Part shown: one piece after another, positions 40,691 through 49,723 of the stretch
Numbering within the stretch: position 1 is the stretch's first letter
Layout of the letters: every line of letters starts with the position of its first letter
DNA from: a virus
Lineage: Duplodnaviria > Caudoviricetes
Reading direction: 5' to 3' (one strand)
DNA: 64,000 bases
IMG/VR virus record: IMGVR_UViG_3300035703_002708
Notes under the pieces: model-generated
The model's database searches: none
Told to the model about the DNA's origin: nothing
Seen by the model: only the letters and a program-made list of their open reading frames with translations
Position numbers and translations under genes: made by a program

Positions 40691-42060
40691 TACTAATTTT
40701 ATTGTCAGTATTTTGTTTTGGACAAATACCTGGTCCATCAACTAATTGGTATTTCGGAGCTTTTGCAGGAATTACATTTAATTCAGGAAGTCCTGTTGCG
40801 CTTACCAACGGAGTTTTAAACACTACAGAAGGGGTTGCGACAATATCTGATAACTCAGGTAATTTACTATTTTATACAGATGGTGTAACTGTTTATAACA
40901 GGTTTCATGCGGTTATGACAAATGGATTGGGTTTGTTTGGAGATGCTTCATCCACACAATCGGCAATCATAGTTCAGAAACCTAATGAACCAAACATATA
41001 TTATATTTTTACATCAGATAATGATGTCGGACCAAATGGTATTTGTTATTCTACCGTTGATATGAATGCTGGATTTGGATTAGGTGCCGTAATAACAAAA
41101 AACATACAACTAAAAACACCCTCATGTGAAAAACTATGTGCTGTCAGAAATTGTAACAATCAAGACATATGGGTTATTTCAAAGGATTGGGGAAACAATA
41201 CATTTACCGCTTGGTCAGTAAATTCTTCGGGTGTTGGAGTTATCACATCTTGGTCAAATGCCGGTAGTGTTATAAATGGTGTTTCACAATCATCTTATGG
41301 ACAATTGAAAGCATCGCCTAATGGTAGAAAATTAGCCGCCTGTCATTATGGAACCACCACAGGAGGAATCAATAAAGTAGAATTATACGACTTTGACCCA
41401 GCGACAGGATATGTTTCAAATGGAGTTACTTTACATACTCAATTAGGTGTGTATGGTGTTGAATTCTCACCTGATGGTAAAGTATTATACGCTGGCACCA
41501 ATCAAGGATTACTTATGCAGTGGAACTTATGTGCGGGAACAATACCTCAAATACAATCATCAAGAACAACCATATCAAACGCAGGACCATTTATCGGTTC
41601 AATTCAAAGAGGACCTGATGGGAAGATATATGTTGCAAGAAATAATGATTCGTTATCTGTTATCAATAATCCAAATGTCGTAGGGTTGGGATGTAATTAT
41701 ACCAATTTGTCATTACCTCTTGCAAATAGGTCAAGTAGAATGGGACTACCAAATTTTGCCTCTTTTTATATTCAACAACAATTCGTTTTACCTGACCCCA
41801 CCATTAATTGCACTACCGCCAGTTTCTCAATTCCAATCTCTCAAAACACAGATTGTTTGTCTCAAAATGTTCAATATACTTACCTGTGGGACTTTGGAGA
41901 TGGGACAACATCACCTCAACAAAACCCAAATCACACATATTTATTATCAGGGGTGTATAATGTTTCAGTTACCATTACAGGACCTTGTACATCTACCACA
42001 ATAAACAAAGTTGTTAACATTCCACCTGGAGGTATAACAGTATCAGTATATACAAATTAA
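40666..42060 (+). CDS. Secreted beta-propeller-like + PKD domain protein
   Basis: Signal peptide; NWYFG..AGITF, EGVATISD..GNLLFYTDG, SSTQSAIIV typical of Bacteroidota T9SS cargo; WDFGDG PKD. Confidence 0.75.
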   Translation: MEKFSYSLILILLSVFCFGQIPGPSTNWYFGAFAGITFNSGSPVALTNGVLNTTEGVATISDNSGNLLFYTDGVTVYNRFHAVMTNGLGLFGDASSTQSAIIVQKPNEPNIYYIFTSDNDVGPNGICYSTVDMNAGFGLGAVITKNIQLKTPSCEKLCAVRNCNNQDIWVISKDWGNNTFTAWSVNSSGVGVITSWSNAGSVINGVSQSSYGQLKASPNGRKLAACHYGTTTGGINKVELYDFDPATGYVSNGVTLHTQLGVYGVEFSPDGKVLYAGTNQGLLMQWNLCAGTIPQIQSSRTTISNAGPFIGSIQRGPDGKIYVARNNDSLSVINNPNVVGLGCNYTNLSLPLANRSSRMGLPNFASFYIQQQFVLPDPTINCTTASFSIPISQNTDCLSQNVQYTYLWDFGDGTTSPQQNPNHTYLLSGVYNVSVTITGPCTSTTINKVVNIPPGGITVSVYTN

Positions 42061-42062
42061 TT

Positions 42063-42629
42063 ATGAAAAAAATAATCTTTACACTTATTCTTACAATCTT
42101 ATCTGTTGTAGGATATTCGCAAGTACCAACCCCCAATCCTGCAAATGGTGATTTTTATTGTCCTAATGATGTTCAAGTATATGGTGACCAAGTTATCGAC
42201 CCAAACGCCACTTATTCATTTTCAATCACACCAGCATTTCCTTTTAACGTAATTTCAGGTGGAGACCAAATTGAGGTTACTTGGACAACACCAGGTGTTT
42301 ATACAATTGAAATTACAAAAACAATCGGTGAGTGTTCTTCTGTTGCGACCGCACAAATTACGGTTTATCCTCCGACAATTCCTATTGTAATTAACGATGC
42401 GTTATGTCAAGGAAACGGAACAATAAACTTGACAGCAAATCCTTTGGGAACAAATCCTGTTTTTGGTGGTATAGGTGTAACAGGAAGTGTGTTTAACGCA
42501 GCAGGGTTAGCACCTGGCAACTATCCAATCACTTTTACATCCATTGATGCAAATGGTTGTCCTATGTCAGGAAATGGTTTAATTGTGATAACTCCTCCTC
42601 CTACCACACCTATAATCTATACTGACTAA
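42063..42629 (+). CDS. Secreted Ig-like/PKD-like protein
   Basis: Signal peptide; VTWTTPGVYTI, GNYPITF Ig-like strands. Confidence 0.65.
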   Translation: MKKIIFTLILTILSVVGYSQVPTPNPANGDFYCPNDVQVYGDQVIDPNATYSFSITPAFPFNVISGGDQIEVTWTTPGVYTIEITKTIGECSSVATAQITVYPPTIPIVINDALCQGNGTINLTANPLGTNPVFGGIGVTGSVFNAAGLAPGNYPITFTSIDANGCPMSGNGLIVITPPPTTPIIYTD

Positions 42630-43243
42630 TGAAAATACTGGGGGTATTAAATTCATTTACAGCGAAGGTATTACTGATATTTACAGTAATATTTATACTT
42701 TCTTCTGCTGTTCCTGTAGGTGAGGACCCACAAGTAATTAACCTTTGTGATACAACTTTCGTATTAAAAAAATACACGGTATATCCTCCATCAGGATATT
42801 TTAGTTCTTGGTTTGTAAATCCCGAAGCAACTATTATTGGCTCGTCAACTGAAAACACATTAACAATCAAATGGACTGAACCAGGAAACTATACAATTAT
42901 CGCTCAGTTCTCAAATGGTAGATGTGTAAGTAATAGTAAATTGGATGTTATTGTTGAAGGTTGCCCTGATTTTACGTTGTATATACCAAACACATTTACT
43001 CCTGATGGTGATAACATAAACGATGTATTTGGTGCATACGGAACCGAAATTGAAGAGTTCAGTATGGAAATATATAACAGGTGGGGAGAACTCATATTTG
43101 TATCTAACGCACTTGAATATAGATGGGATGGATACTATAAAGGTAACCTTTGCCAACAAGATGTCTATGTATTCAAAATAAGATATAAAGCAAGAAACTT
43201 CGTATCCAAAGCAATCTACGGTAGAGTTCTTCTACTTAATTAG
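42629..43243 (+). CDS. Protein with T9SS type B C-terminal sorting domain (gliding-motility-associated CTD)
   Basis: YIPNTFTPDGDNINDVF...IYNRWGELIF...WDG...DVYVFKI matches the CHU_C/TIGR04131 pattern. Confidence 0.85.
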   Translation: MKILGVLNSFTAKVLLIFTVIFILSSAVPVGEDPQVINLCDTTFVLKKYTVYPPSGYFSSWFVNPEATIIGSSTENTLTIKWTEPGNYTIIAQFSNGRCVSNSKLDVIVEGCPDFTLYIPNTFTPDGDNINDVFGAYGTEIEEFSMEIYNRWGELIFVSNALEYRWDGYYKGNLCQQDVYVFKIRYKARNFVSKAIYGRVLLLN

Positions 43244-43950
43244 AAAACTACAATATCTTCAATCCTATTTTTTATTAACCAAGGCTTTGATTCAAATGGA
43301 TTAAGTAAGTCCTCCAAGATATCATAAGTGTTGATTATTTCTCTTAACTCTTTGATAATATTTTCTGTGTAAAATACATCCAATAGTAAATCAAAGATAT
43401 AATCTTCAGATAAAAAAGATTTATCCAAACTTAACATCAATTTGAAGTCCTCGATAAATTGTTCTTTATTATGTTTTATCTCTATGGAGTTGGCATTAGT
43501 GATATTAAAAATATGATTTGATACATACTCACCAAAATAAAACTCAAATCTACCCATATCCAATCCATAACCGTGAGGAAATTCTGATGTGATGATGGTT
43601 TGCTCATAACCAAATGTTCTATCTTGACCATCGATATTATTTTGTGAGTATATCGGTCTTTCAGTGTCGTAATATTTAAACCAAGTTGGGTCCAACTTAG
43701 GTTTTGTGTTATAAGTTATTAAATCAATAACGTTAAATGTTTTGATATATGCGTTTGGGTAATCTTTCAAAAATTGTTCTTTGATTGGTCCCAAATCTAC
43801 AACCTCTGTAAGTGGTGTTTCTCCTTTAACAACAAAGAATGGTCCGCAATCTGAAACTTCTATAATTGTTTCAGAGTCAAACTTTTTAAGGATATAATCC
43901 GCAAATAAATTAACACAACCTCTTTTTGATTTTGAATCTATGTATCTCAT
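43240..43950 (-). CDS. Hypothetical protein, weak resemblance to MetK (SAM synthetase) fold
   Basis: ADYIL...E...VVKGE....VD resembles the MetK N-domain; C-terminal PW; catalytic GHPD/GAGDQG absent. Confidence 0.4.
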   Translation of the reverse strand: MRYIDSKSKRGCVNLFADYILKKFDSETIIEVSDCGPFFVVKGETPLTEVVDLGPIKEQFLKDYPNAYIKTFNVIDLITYNTKPKLDPTWFKYYDTERPIYSQNNIDGQDRTFGYEQTIITSEFPHGYGLDMGRFEFYFGEYVSNHIFNITNANSIEIKHNKEQFIEDFKLMLSLDKSFLSEDYIFDLLLDVFYTENIIKELREIINTYDILEDLLNPFESKPWLIKNRIEDIVVF

Positions 43951-43999
43951 AACTTTTTTTAGAATTGATAAAGAAAATAAATGATACTCTAAACACTAT

Positions 44000-44028
44000 T
44001 TGACATTTATCACATCATTTTTTATATT
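44000..44028 (+). promoter_or_regulatory. -35/-10 type promoter
   Basis: TTGACA-N17-TATATT. Confidence 0.6.
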
Positions 44029-44046
44029 TTCTCAAAACTTATTTAT

Positions 44047-44322
44047 ATGACAATAGCAGTCGAGGTAGAAGATGTTCTTTGGAGTATGACATCTTACGAG
44101 AAAAAAGAAATGTTTGAAGAACTATTATCTGAGTTAGATATCAATTGGGTTATGCAATGTCTGAACGACGCAAATATCACAGCAAAACTTTCTAAATCTG
44201 TTGATAAAAATCGTGATGATGAATACAATAACAAAGTTTTATCTTTACTTAACAATAAGTTCAAATTAACAAACGAGGAAGAGGAAATGATTTATAAAAT
44301 CTCAGATAGGATTAATCCTTAA
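44047..44322 (+). CDS. Hypothetical protein
   Basis: 91 aa ORF after promoter. Confidence 0.55.
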   Translation: MTIAVEVEDVLWSMTSYEKKEMFEELLSELDINWVMQCLNDANITAKLSKSVDKNRDDEYNNKVLSLLNNKFKLTNEEEEMIYKISDRINP

Positions 44323-45383
44323 AGTTCCAAGTAGTCAAAGAATGAATCGTTGATATACTCTATTACTTTTCTATAGTCAGGATAATCAGAAACTCTCAAT
44401 CTCAAACATTCATATTCGTCGCTATAATCTCTTGTCTCTTCTACTAAACTAAAATAGTTGGTGAAGTCACTTAAATTAGTACCATAACCAATATGCGATT
44501 CAATAAAAGCATGAATTAAGTCCACGAAATTTTCTGTAATGTCTATTCTATAAATATTTTTTTTATTTTCATCAGAACCCCAAACACCTTTTCCGATACC
44601 AACTGATTCCAATTCTTTTCTTACAGATTTATAGTATTCATCTGACAAAGCACCGTTATAAGCATTAGAATGGCAACTCTTTAAAGAAATTCTGAAATCA
44701 TCAGAGAAAACTTCATCTTTCAAAAACTTAAATGTGTTGGAATCTTTCAACATCTCGGCAACATTTTTCTCTGAAAATCGTAAAGTATTTTCATCTCCAT
44801 CCAAACTTGCCAAATTAGGTATAAGAGTATTATGAATTTTATAAGAAAAATTATTAATATTCAAAGTGTCAAAATTTTGTGAAATTATATTACAAAGTTT
44901 TTTGAAATTTTCTTTTGTTAGAACTTTTATAACATCTTCATGTACATCCTGTGTTGTATCGTAATAAGGTTCAAAACTATCTTCTCTTAATATATTATAG
45001 GCTAAATCATAAGATGATGGACCACTTCTTGTCTCGTCGCCAAAACAAAATAACTGAGCCAAGTCTTCCATATCTTTTAAAACCAAAAATATTCTACCAT
45101 TTTCATATGAAATATTTTTCCACAAACCTCTTGCAACATACTCTATGAATTTATTTCTTGTTTCGGGATTATTAAACAAATATTTATCAAACATATTTTG
45201 AATATAGTTGTATTCAAAACTCCTCTCTCCAGGAGAAATCAATTCTATCAAACCCTTTTTCTCAACTAAGTTCAAAAATCTTCTTATAGTGTCCCACTCC
45301 TCTTCATCTTTATTACCAACAAAAACGGTAAGAAACTCTAAATCATTATTATTGAATCTATCTATTAAGTTTTTTAATGCCAT
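44319..45383 (-). CDS. Hypothetical acidic protein
   Basis: 354 aa; TATTTAT upstream (45390-45396, minus). Confidence 0.6.
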   Translation of the reverse strand: MALKNLIDRFNNNDLEFLTVFVGNKDEEEWDTIRRFLNLVEKKGLIELISPGERSFEYNYIQNMFDKYLFNNPETRNKFIEYVARGLWKNISYENGRIFLVLKDMEDLAQLFCFGDETRSGPSSYDLAYNILREDSFEPYYDTTQDVHEDVIKVLTKENFKKLCNIISQNFDTLNINNFSYKIHNTLIPNLASLDGDENTLRFSEKNVAEMLKDSNTFKFLKDEVFSDDFRISLKSCHSNAYNGALSDEYYKSVRKELESVGIGKGVWGSDENKKNIYRIDITENFVDLIHAFIESHIGYGTNLSDFTNYFSLVEETRDYSDEYECLRLRVSDYPDYRKVIEYINDSFFDYLEL

Positions 45384-45401
45384 AATAACATAAATATAAT
45401 A

Positions 45402-45430
45402 AAAAAGGGGATTTTTGGTCCCCTCTGTTT
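45402..45430 (-). terminator. Intrinsic terminator
   Basis: GGGGA...TCCCC hairpin with A run giving U tract on minus strand. Confidence 0.55.
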
Positions 45431-45456
45431 AATTCTTAACCCCACTCAATATTTAA

Positions 45457-45603
45457 TTACTTCTTGTAATACTTCTCAACAGTTTTCCTAACCGCCTCTT
45501 GAATTGCACTGTTTTGTGGTCCAGTTGGTTGAGGTTGTGGCTGGGGTTGAGGTTGTTGAGGTTGTGGTTGAGGTTGATTGTTTTTACATCCGCATCCGCC
45601 CAT
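45457..45603 (-). CDS. 48-aa microprotein MGGCGCK-(PQ)n
   Basis: MGGCGCKNNQPQPQPQQPQPQPQPQPTGPQNSAIQEAVRKTVEKYYKK*; not in ORF track. Confidence 0.65.
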   Translation of the reverse strand: MGGCGCKNNQPQPQPQQPQPQPQPQPTGPQNSAIQEAVRKTVEKYYKK

Positions 45604-45607
45604 AACT

Positions 45608-46201
45608 TTAATTTATTATTTCAAATTTATGTCCATAGCAAGTTTTTCTTATTGACTTACCATTTCCGTTATTTACTGGTATTCCTCTCAAACAATTTGA
45701 GATTTTCATTCTTACGTGTTTAGGATTCCCTTTAGAAAAACCATTAGATATAAGATAATTAGCACCATCTACTAAATTATCAAAAATAACAGTTTCTTTT
45801 GAAATTATATTAGTTAATGAATACTTTGTAAAGTTATTATTTTTAGATAGATTATGTTTGGAAAGTTTAACTTTGACTTCAGTATTAAGAATATTTTTTC
45901 TAGAATCACTTACTTTCGCTAAATTGTATCCAAAAGACGAATCATTACTGTTATATTTTTCAATATAAAAATTTTCTCTCTCAATAAGTGTTTCTTTATC
46001 ACAATTTTCTAAAATCTCAAAAACAAAATTTGGTTCGCCATTTTTATTGAAAGAATTTTGTAAATAGTCGTTATCGTGAATACCTTTTCTCAACATCCAA
46101 AAATGTTTTGCTTTCCTGTAATCTAAATTTACGGAACTCCCGATATAAACCTTATGGTCAATCTTGTTTTGTATTTTATATATTCCTATTGTTTCGGACA
46201 T
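45608..46201 (-). CDS. Free-standing GIY-YIG homing endonuclease
   Basis: GIYKIQNKIDHKVYIGSS, R...H, FEILE, E...I...YNL; start ATG 46201 after TATTTAT (46218-46224, minus). Confidence 0.85.
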   Translation of the reverse strand: MSETIGIYKIQNKIDHKVYIGSSVNLDYRKAKHFWMLRKGIHDNDYLQNSFNKNGEPNFVFEILENCDKETLIERENFYIEKYNSNDSSFGYNLAKVSDSRKNILNTEVKVKLSKHNLSKNNNFTKYSLTNIISKETVIFDNLVDGANYLISNGFSKGNPKHVRMKISNCLRGIPVNNGNGKSIRKTCYGHKFEIIN

Positions 46202-46274
46202 AGAATAATCTATATTCATAAATATTTAGAATTGTAGTTTATAAGTTAATTAAAAGATATTTATCGATAACATT

Positions 46275-47663
46275 ATGGAGAAAATTACATTAAAAAAACA
46301 AGATATAACAAAGTTAATACAAATCCTTAAAGAACAGGATGAAGTAGAAGAACCAAATGACGAAATTTATATTGATTCAGAAGAACTCAATAGATTACTT
46401 CCAGCAATTGATTATAACTTGAATGCATTGTCCAAATTAAGAAAATTCAAGGACAAGAAAATTGTTATTAATGGTGATTTGAAATTAAGAGGAAAACCTG
46501 TAAAATCTTTGGGTCCTATTATTAGGGTTAATGGTAATTTAGATATAGTTGATACTGGTATAGCATCAATTGAAGGTGTGCAAATAGCGGGTAGAGTCCA
46601 AGATTGGGGAAGTGAAAGGGCAAAAATCAGAGAAAGAAAAAGAGTTGCTGGTTTAATGTCGGAAGCGCAGTCAAGAAGAGAAGATGACGATTGGAATATA
46701 GAAAATGGAGACCCTGAAGGATTAGCGGCGCACGCAGTCATCAAAGTAATGGAATATAATGACGAGAATGTTAGAACAGAAGAAGAAACAGAAGAACTCA
46801 GAGGATTAAAAGAAAGATTGGGTAATTTATATTACGACCAAGAACAAGGAAATGAAAGTGATGAATTATCTGATGAAATTTCTGAAATAGAAGGAAGAAT
46901 TGAAGAAATAGAAGAAAAGTATGATGTGTATGATTTGGTCCCATCAAGACATAAATATTATGGTAATTTATATAGATTTGATTTGGAGTGGGGTGCTGCC
47001 AAAGGTAATGAATATGCCGCAGGAAAAGAAGAGGATGCCGAAGCCGCAGCCTTGGAATATGCCGAGCAGTGGATAGATGAAAATGGAGTTCGTGGGTTTA
47101 ATGAAAATTTTTGGATGGACCACTTGGATGAAGAAGGAATATTGGATTATTTCAGAGATTTCTATGAAGATGACATAAGAAATAATACTGAGGTGTATTT
47201 TGATGACGATGATTTTGAACTAACAACAGAACAAGAGGCTCGCAAAGAACAATTGGAGAGTTATATTGAAGAAATGGAAGATTTACTATCAGAAACAGAA
47301 GAAGAGCAAAGAAATCTTGAGGATTCAGATAGTGAAGAATATTATGATTTGGATGAGAAAATAAAAGAAATTGAATCAAATATTGAAACCGCCCAAGAAG
47401 AACTAGATGGAATTGAACCTGACAAAGAACCAACAGAGGACATGATTGAAAGAAAAGTTGATGATATGTTGGATGATGTCAAATACGATTACGCAGCGAA
47501 ATTAGATGAATTTGGACTTGATATTGAAGATTGGGTTGATAAATCTTCACTTGCACAAGCCTACGTTGATTCAGATGGATATGGTATAATGAGTGGATAC
47601 GATGGAAGTTATGAAACCGAATATATCAACGAAGTTGCATATATCGTAATGAGAATAAATTAA
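46275..47663 (+). CDS. Highly acidic protein with short LRR-like segment and N-terminal leader
   Basis: INGDLKLRGKPVKSLG..RVNGNLDIVDTGIASIE; D/E-rich coiled coil; TATTTAT at 46258. Confidence 0.6.
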   Translation: MEKITLKKQDITKLIQILKEQDEVEEPNDEIYIDSEELNRLLPAIDYNLNALSKLRKFKDKKIVINGDLKLRGKPVKSLGPIIRVNGNLDIVDTGIASIEGVQIAGRVQDWGSERAKIRERKRVAGLMSEAQSRREDDDWNIENGDPEGLAAHAVIKVMEYNDENVRTEEETEELRGLKERLGNLYYDQEQGNESDELSDEISEIEGRIEEIEEKYDVYDLVPSRHKYYGNLYRFDLEWGAAKGNEYAAGKEEDAEAAALEYAEQWIDENGVRGFNENFWMDHLDEEGILDYFRDFYEDDIRNNTEVYFDDDDFELTTEQEARKEQLESYIEEMEDLLSETEEEQRNLEDSDSEEYYDLDEKIKEIESNIETAQEELDGIEPDKEPTEDMIERKVDDMLDDVKYDYAAKLDEFGLDIEDWVDKSSLAQAYVDSDGYGIMSGYDGSYETEYINEVAYIVMRIN

Positions 47664-47712
47664 CCTTTAATAAATCCCAACGTTTTATTATAATTTAGAA
47701 AAAGAAAAAATT

Positions 47713-48483
47713 ATGTCGGGAAGAAAATTAAAAAAAGGTTTTGAGTTTCTGTTAAATACAGATTGGGTATTTCAAACTCCAATTGATTTAGAACACAAAC
47801 AATATGTCTTATTAAGTTATTTTCAAAAACTTAACGAAAGGTTTGATAAATTCGAGGTATATCCATCATTTATAGAATTGTCATTACATTTCGCCAACGT
47901 AAGAACGATGATTGGTGAGAATAAAATGTTATCAACAGACAAGAAGTTTGAATACTTTGATGATGAACTCTTGGTTTCAGATTTGAAATATAATCAAATA
48001 CCCCAACTTAATTCTGATGAGGAGCAGCAATACCAAGAAATATTAAAATACACAGCCCCAAAGATTTATGATTACTTTAATATTGCAAAATCAATATGGG
48101 GTTTGGTAAATGAAAGCATTACAGTTCAGTTAAGAAGAAATAAAAACGAATTATCAAAAAAATCAGGATACTTTTACTATCACAACAAAAAAGAAAAAAC
48201 TCTTTATGTGTGGGAGTATAAGTTAAAGAAAACAAAAGGGTCGGTTGAATATAGAAATTTCTCAAACCAAATTTACTCCGGTCCAAAAGATGATTTGACT
48301 TTGACAGAAATAATTAATAATTTCAGCAAATGGAATAAACCAGACGTTAATAACAAATACCCAATATTTGAAGTAACGGGAGGAGATGACTACCCACTAG
48401 AACAAACATTATTACCAATATTCAAAAGAAGAGTATTAAGTTATATAAATCAATCTTTGTCATTAAAATACGATAGAGTATGA
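47713..48483 (+). CDS. Hypothetical protein
   Basis: 256 aa ORF. Confidence 0.6.
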   Translation: MSGRKLKKGFEFLLNTDWVFQTPIDLEHKQYVLLSYFQKLNERFDKFEVYPSFIELSLHFANVRTMIGENKMLSTDKKFEYFDDELLVSDLKYNQIPQLNSDEEQQYQEILKYTAPKIYDYFNIAKSIWGLVNESITVQLRRNKNELSKKSGYFYYHNKKEKTLYVWEYKLKKTKGSVEYRNFSNQIYSGPKDDLTLTEIINNFSKWNKPDVNNKYPIFEVTGGDDYPLEQTLLPIFKRRVLSYINQSLSLKYDRV

Positions 48484-48638
48484 AAACAGAAATCACATAC
48501 GAGTTAATCGAAAAACTTGTTTATCAAAATCCAAATGATTATACTTTGGGAAAGAAAGTAAGAGAACTAATCAATTCAATAAAATATCCCGATGACAAAG
48601 AGATTTCTGACGATTCAACAGATAAAGACAAGCCTTGA
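48480..48638 (+). CDS. Small hypothetical protein (52 aa)
   Basis: MKTEITYELIEKLVYQNPNDYTLGKKVRELI...; overlaps previous stop; not in track. Confidence 0.5.
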   Translation: MKTEITYELIEKLVYQNPNDYTLGKKVRELINSIKYPDDKEISDDSTDKDKP

Positions 48639-48780
48639 AAGAGGACAAACTTTACGTGAGTTATTCAAAGCAGATGCGATAATCTTTATAGATAAGTTCG
48701 CAACTGATGTGTATAAGTTATTTCAAAACGGACAAAACGAAAAACAAATCTTACAACAAATAAAAGACTGGAATATATGA
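48592..48780 (+). CDS. Small hypothetical protein
   Basis: 62 aa in chain of overlapping small ORFs. Confidence 0.5.
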   Translation: MTKRFLTIQQIKTSLERGQTLRELFKADAIIFIDKFATDVYKLFQNGQNEKQILQQIKDWNI

Positions 48781-48965
48781 AAACCCTAAGAAACAAAACA
48801 ACAGGTAAAATCGAACGAGTAAAAGACAAAGAAGCCGAACCAAAAGTAAAATATGGTTTTGAGTATGTATCAAAATCAGAGTGGAAAAAACAATTCAGAA
48901 CCCCAACTACAGAAACAAATGACAACACCACTTCCAAAAAACAAAGAAAAACTTCTTCTAAATAA
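48777..48965 (+). CDS. Small basic hypothetical protein
   Basis: 62 aa; ATGA overlap with previous. Confidence 0.5.
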   Translation: MKTLRNKTTGKIERVKDKEAEPKVKYGFEYVSKSEWKKQFRTPTTETNDNTTSKKQRKTSSK

Positions 48966-49122
48966 ATTAAGGGGTCCTTTACATATCTCTTTCATAGCAG
49001 AAAGTATTTTGAATTGTAGTGAGTATATGGCAATTGAAATATTGAAAGAATATATTGAGGAGGGTATTATAGAAGAGTCAAACGATTATAAGAATTTTTA
49101 TAAATTGAAACAAAATGGTTAA
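48853..49122 (+). CDS. Small hypothetical protein, possibly winged-helix (start uncertain)
   Basis: HISFIAESIL...MAIEILKEYIEEGIIEE. Confidence 0.4.
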   Translation: MVLSMYQNQSGKNNSEPQLQKQMTTPLPKNKEKLLLNKLRGPLHISFIAESILNCSEYMAIEILKEYIEEGIIEESNDYKNFYKLKQNG

Positions 49123-49498
49123 AATATCAGAACTACCAAAGGCTGTCGAACCCTTAATGTCAAATAGGTTCATAATTAAATTTAACGAAGAAGTAACAAT
49201 TCCTGAATATCTATTTAGAAATTTCAAAATATATAATGAAGGGGAATCATTAATTTTCAGAACTGAAATGTATCAGACTGTAAATTACTCATTCAACCCC
49301 TCTGATTTATTTAAGATGACGAGTGTAACAATACATTATTTAGACCCTGTTGGTGAAGTCGTTAATGGCATCAATTTCAACTTAAAAGGTTCCAATCTTG
49401 TCTATAAAAACGATTACAGAGATGATGGACTCTCAATACTTAAATTTCAGTTTGTGATTGATGTTGAATCCATGAAATTGATTTACCAAAATAGTTGA
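49115..49498 (+). CDS. Short divergent tail-tube (T4 gp19-like) paralog
   Basis: EPLMSNRFIIKF ... YLDPVGEVV ... DYRDD ... ID...LIY resembles myovirus tail-tube termini; middle shortened. Confidence 0.45.
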   Translation: MVKISELPKAVEPLMSNRFIIKFNEEVTIPEYLFRNFKIYNEGESLIFRTEMYQTVNYSFNPSDLFKMTSVTIHYLDPVGEVVNGINFNLKGSNLVYKNDYRDDGLSILKFQFVIDVESMKLIYQNS

Positions 49499-49501
49499 AT
49501 T

Positions 49502-49723
49502 ATGGAAAAAGAAATGGTGAATCATCCTAAACATTACGGAGGTGAGTCAAATCCATATGAGGCGATAAAGGTGATTGATGCTTGGGACTTGGATTTTTGT
49601 TTGGGTAACACAGTAAAATATATATCGAGGGCTGGAAAGAAAAGTCCTGAAAAAGAATTGGAGGATTTGAAAAAGGCTCTTTGGTACTTACAACATAAAA
49701 TAAATAAGTTAGAAAACAAATGA
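49502..49723 (+). CDS. DUF3310 (SaV-like) protein
   Basis: VNHPKHY, FCLGNTVKYISRAGKK, EDLKKALWYL. Confidence 0.85.
   Translation: MEKEMVNHPKHYGGESNPYEAIKVIDAWDLDFCLGNTVKYISRAGKKSPEKELEDLKKALWYLQHKINKLENK

Noticed and set aside
45499-45723. Plus-strand LRLWLRL repeat ORF from the track
   Set aside because: It is the antisense of the PQ repeat in the minus-strand microprotein 45457-45603.
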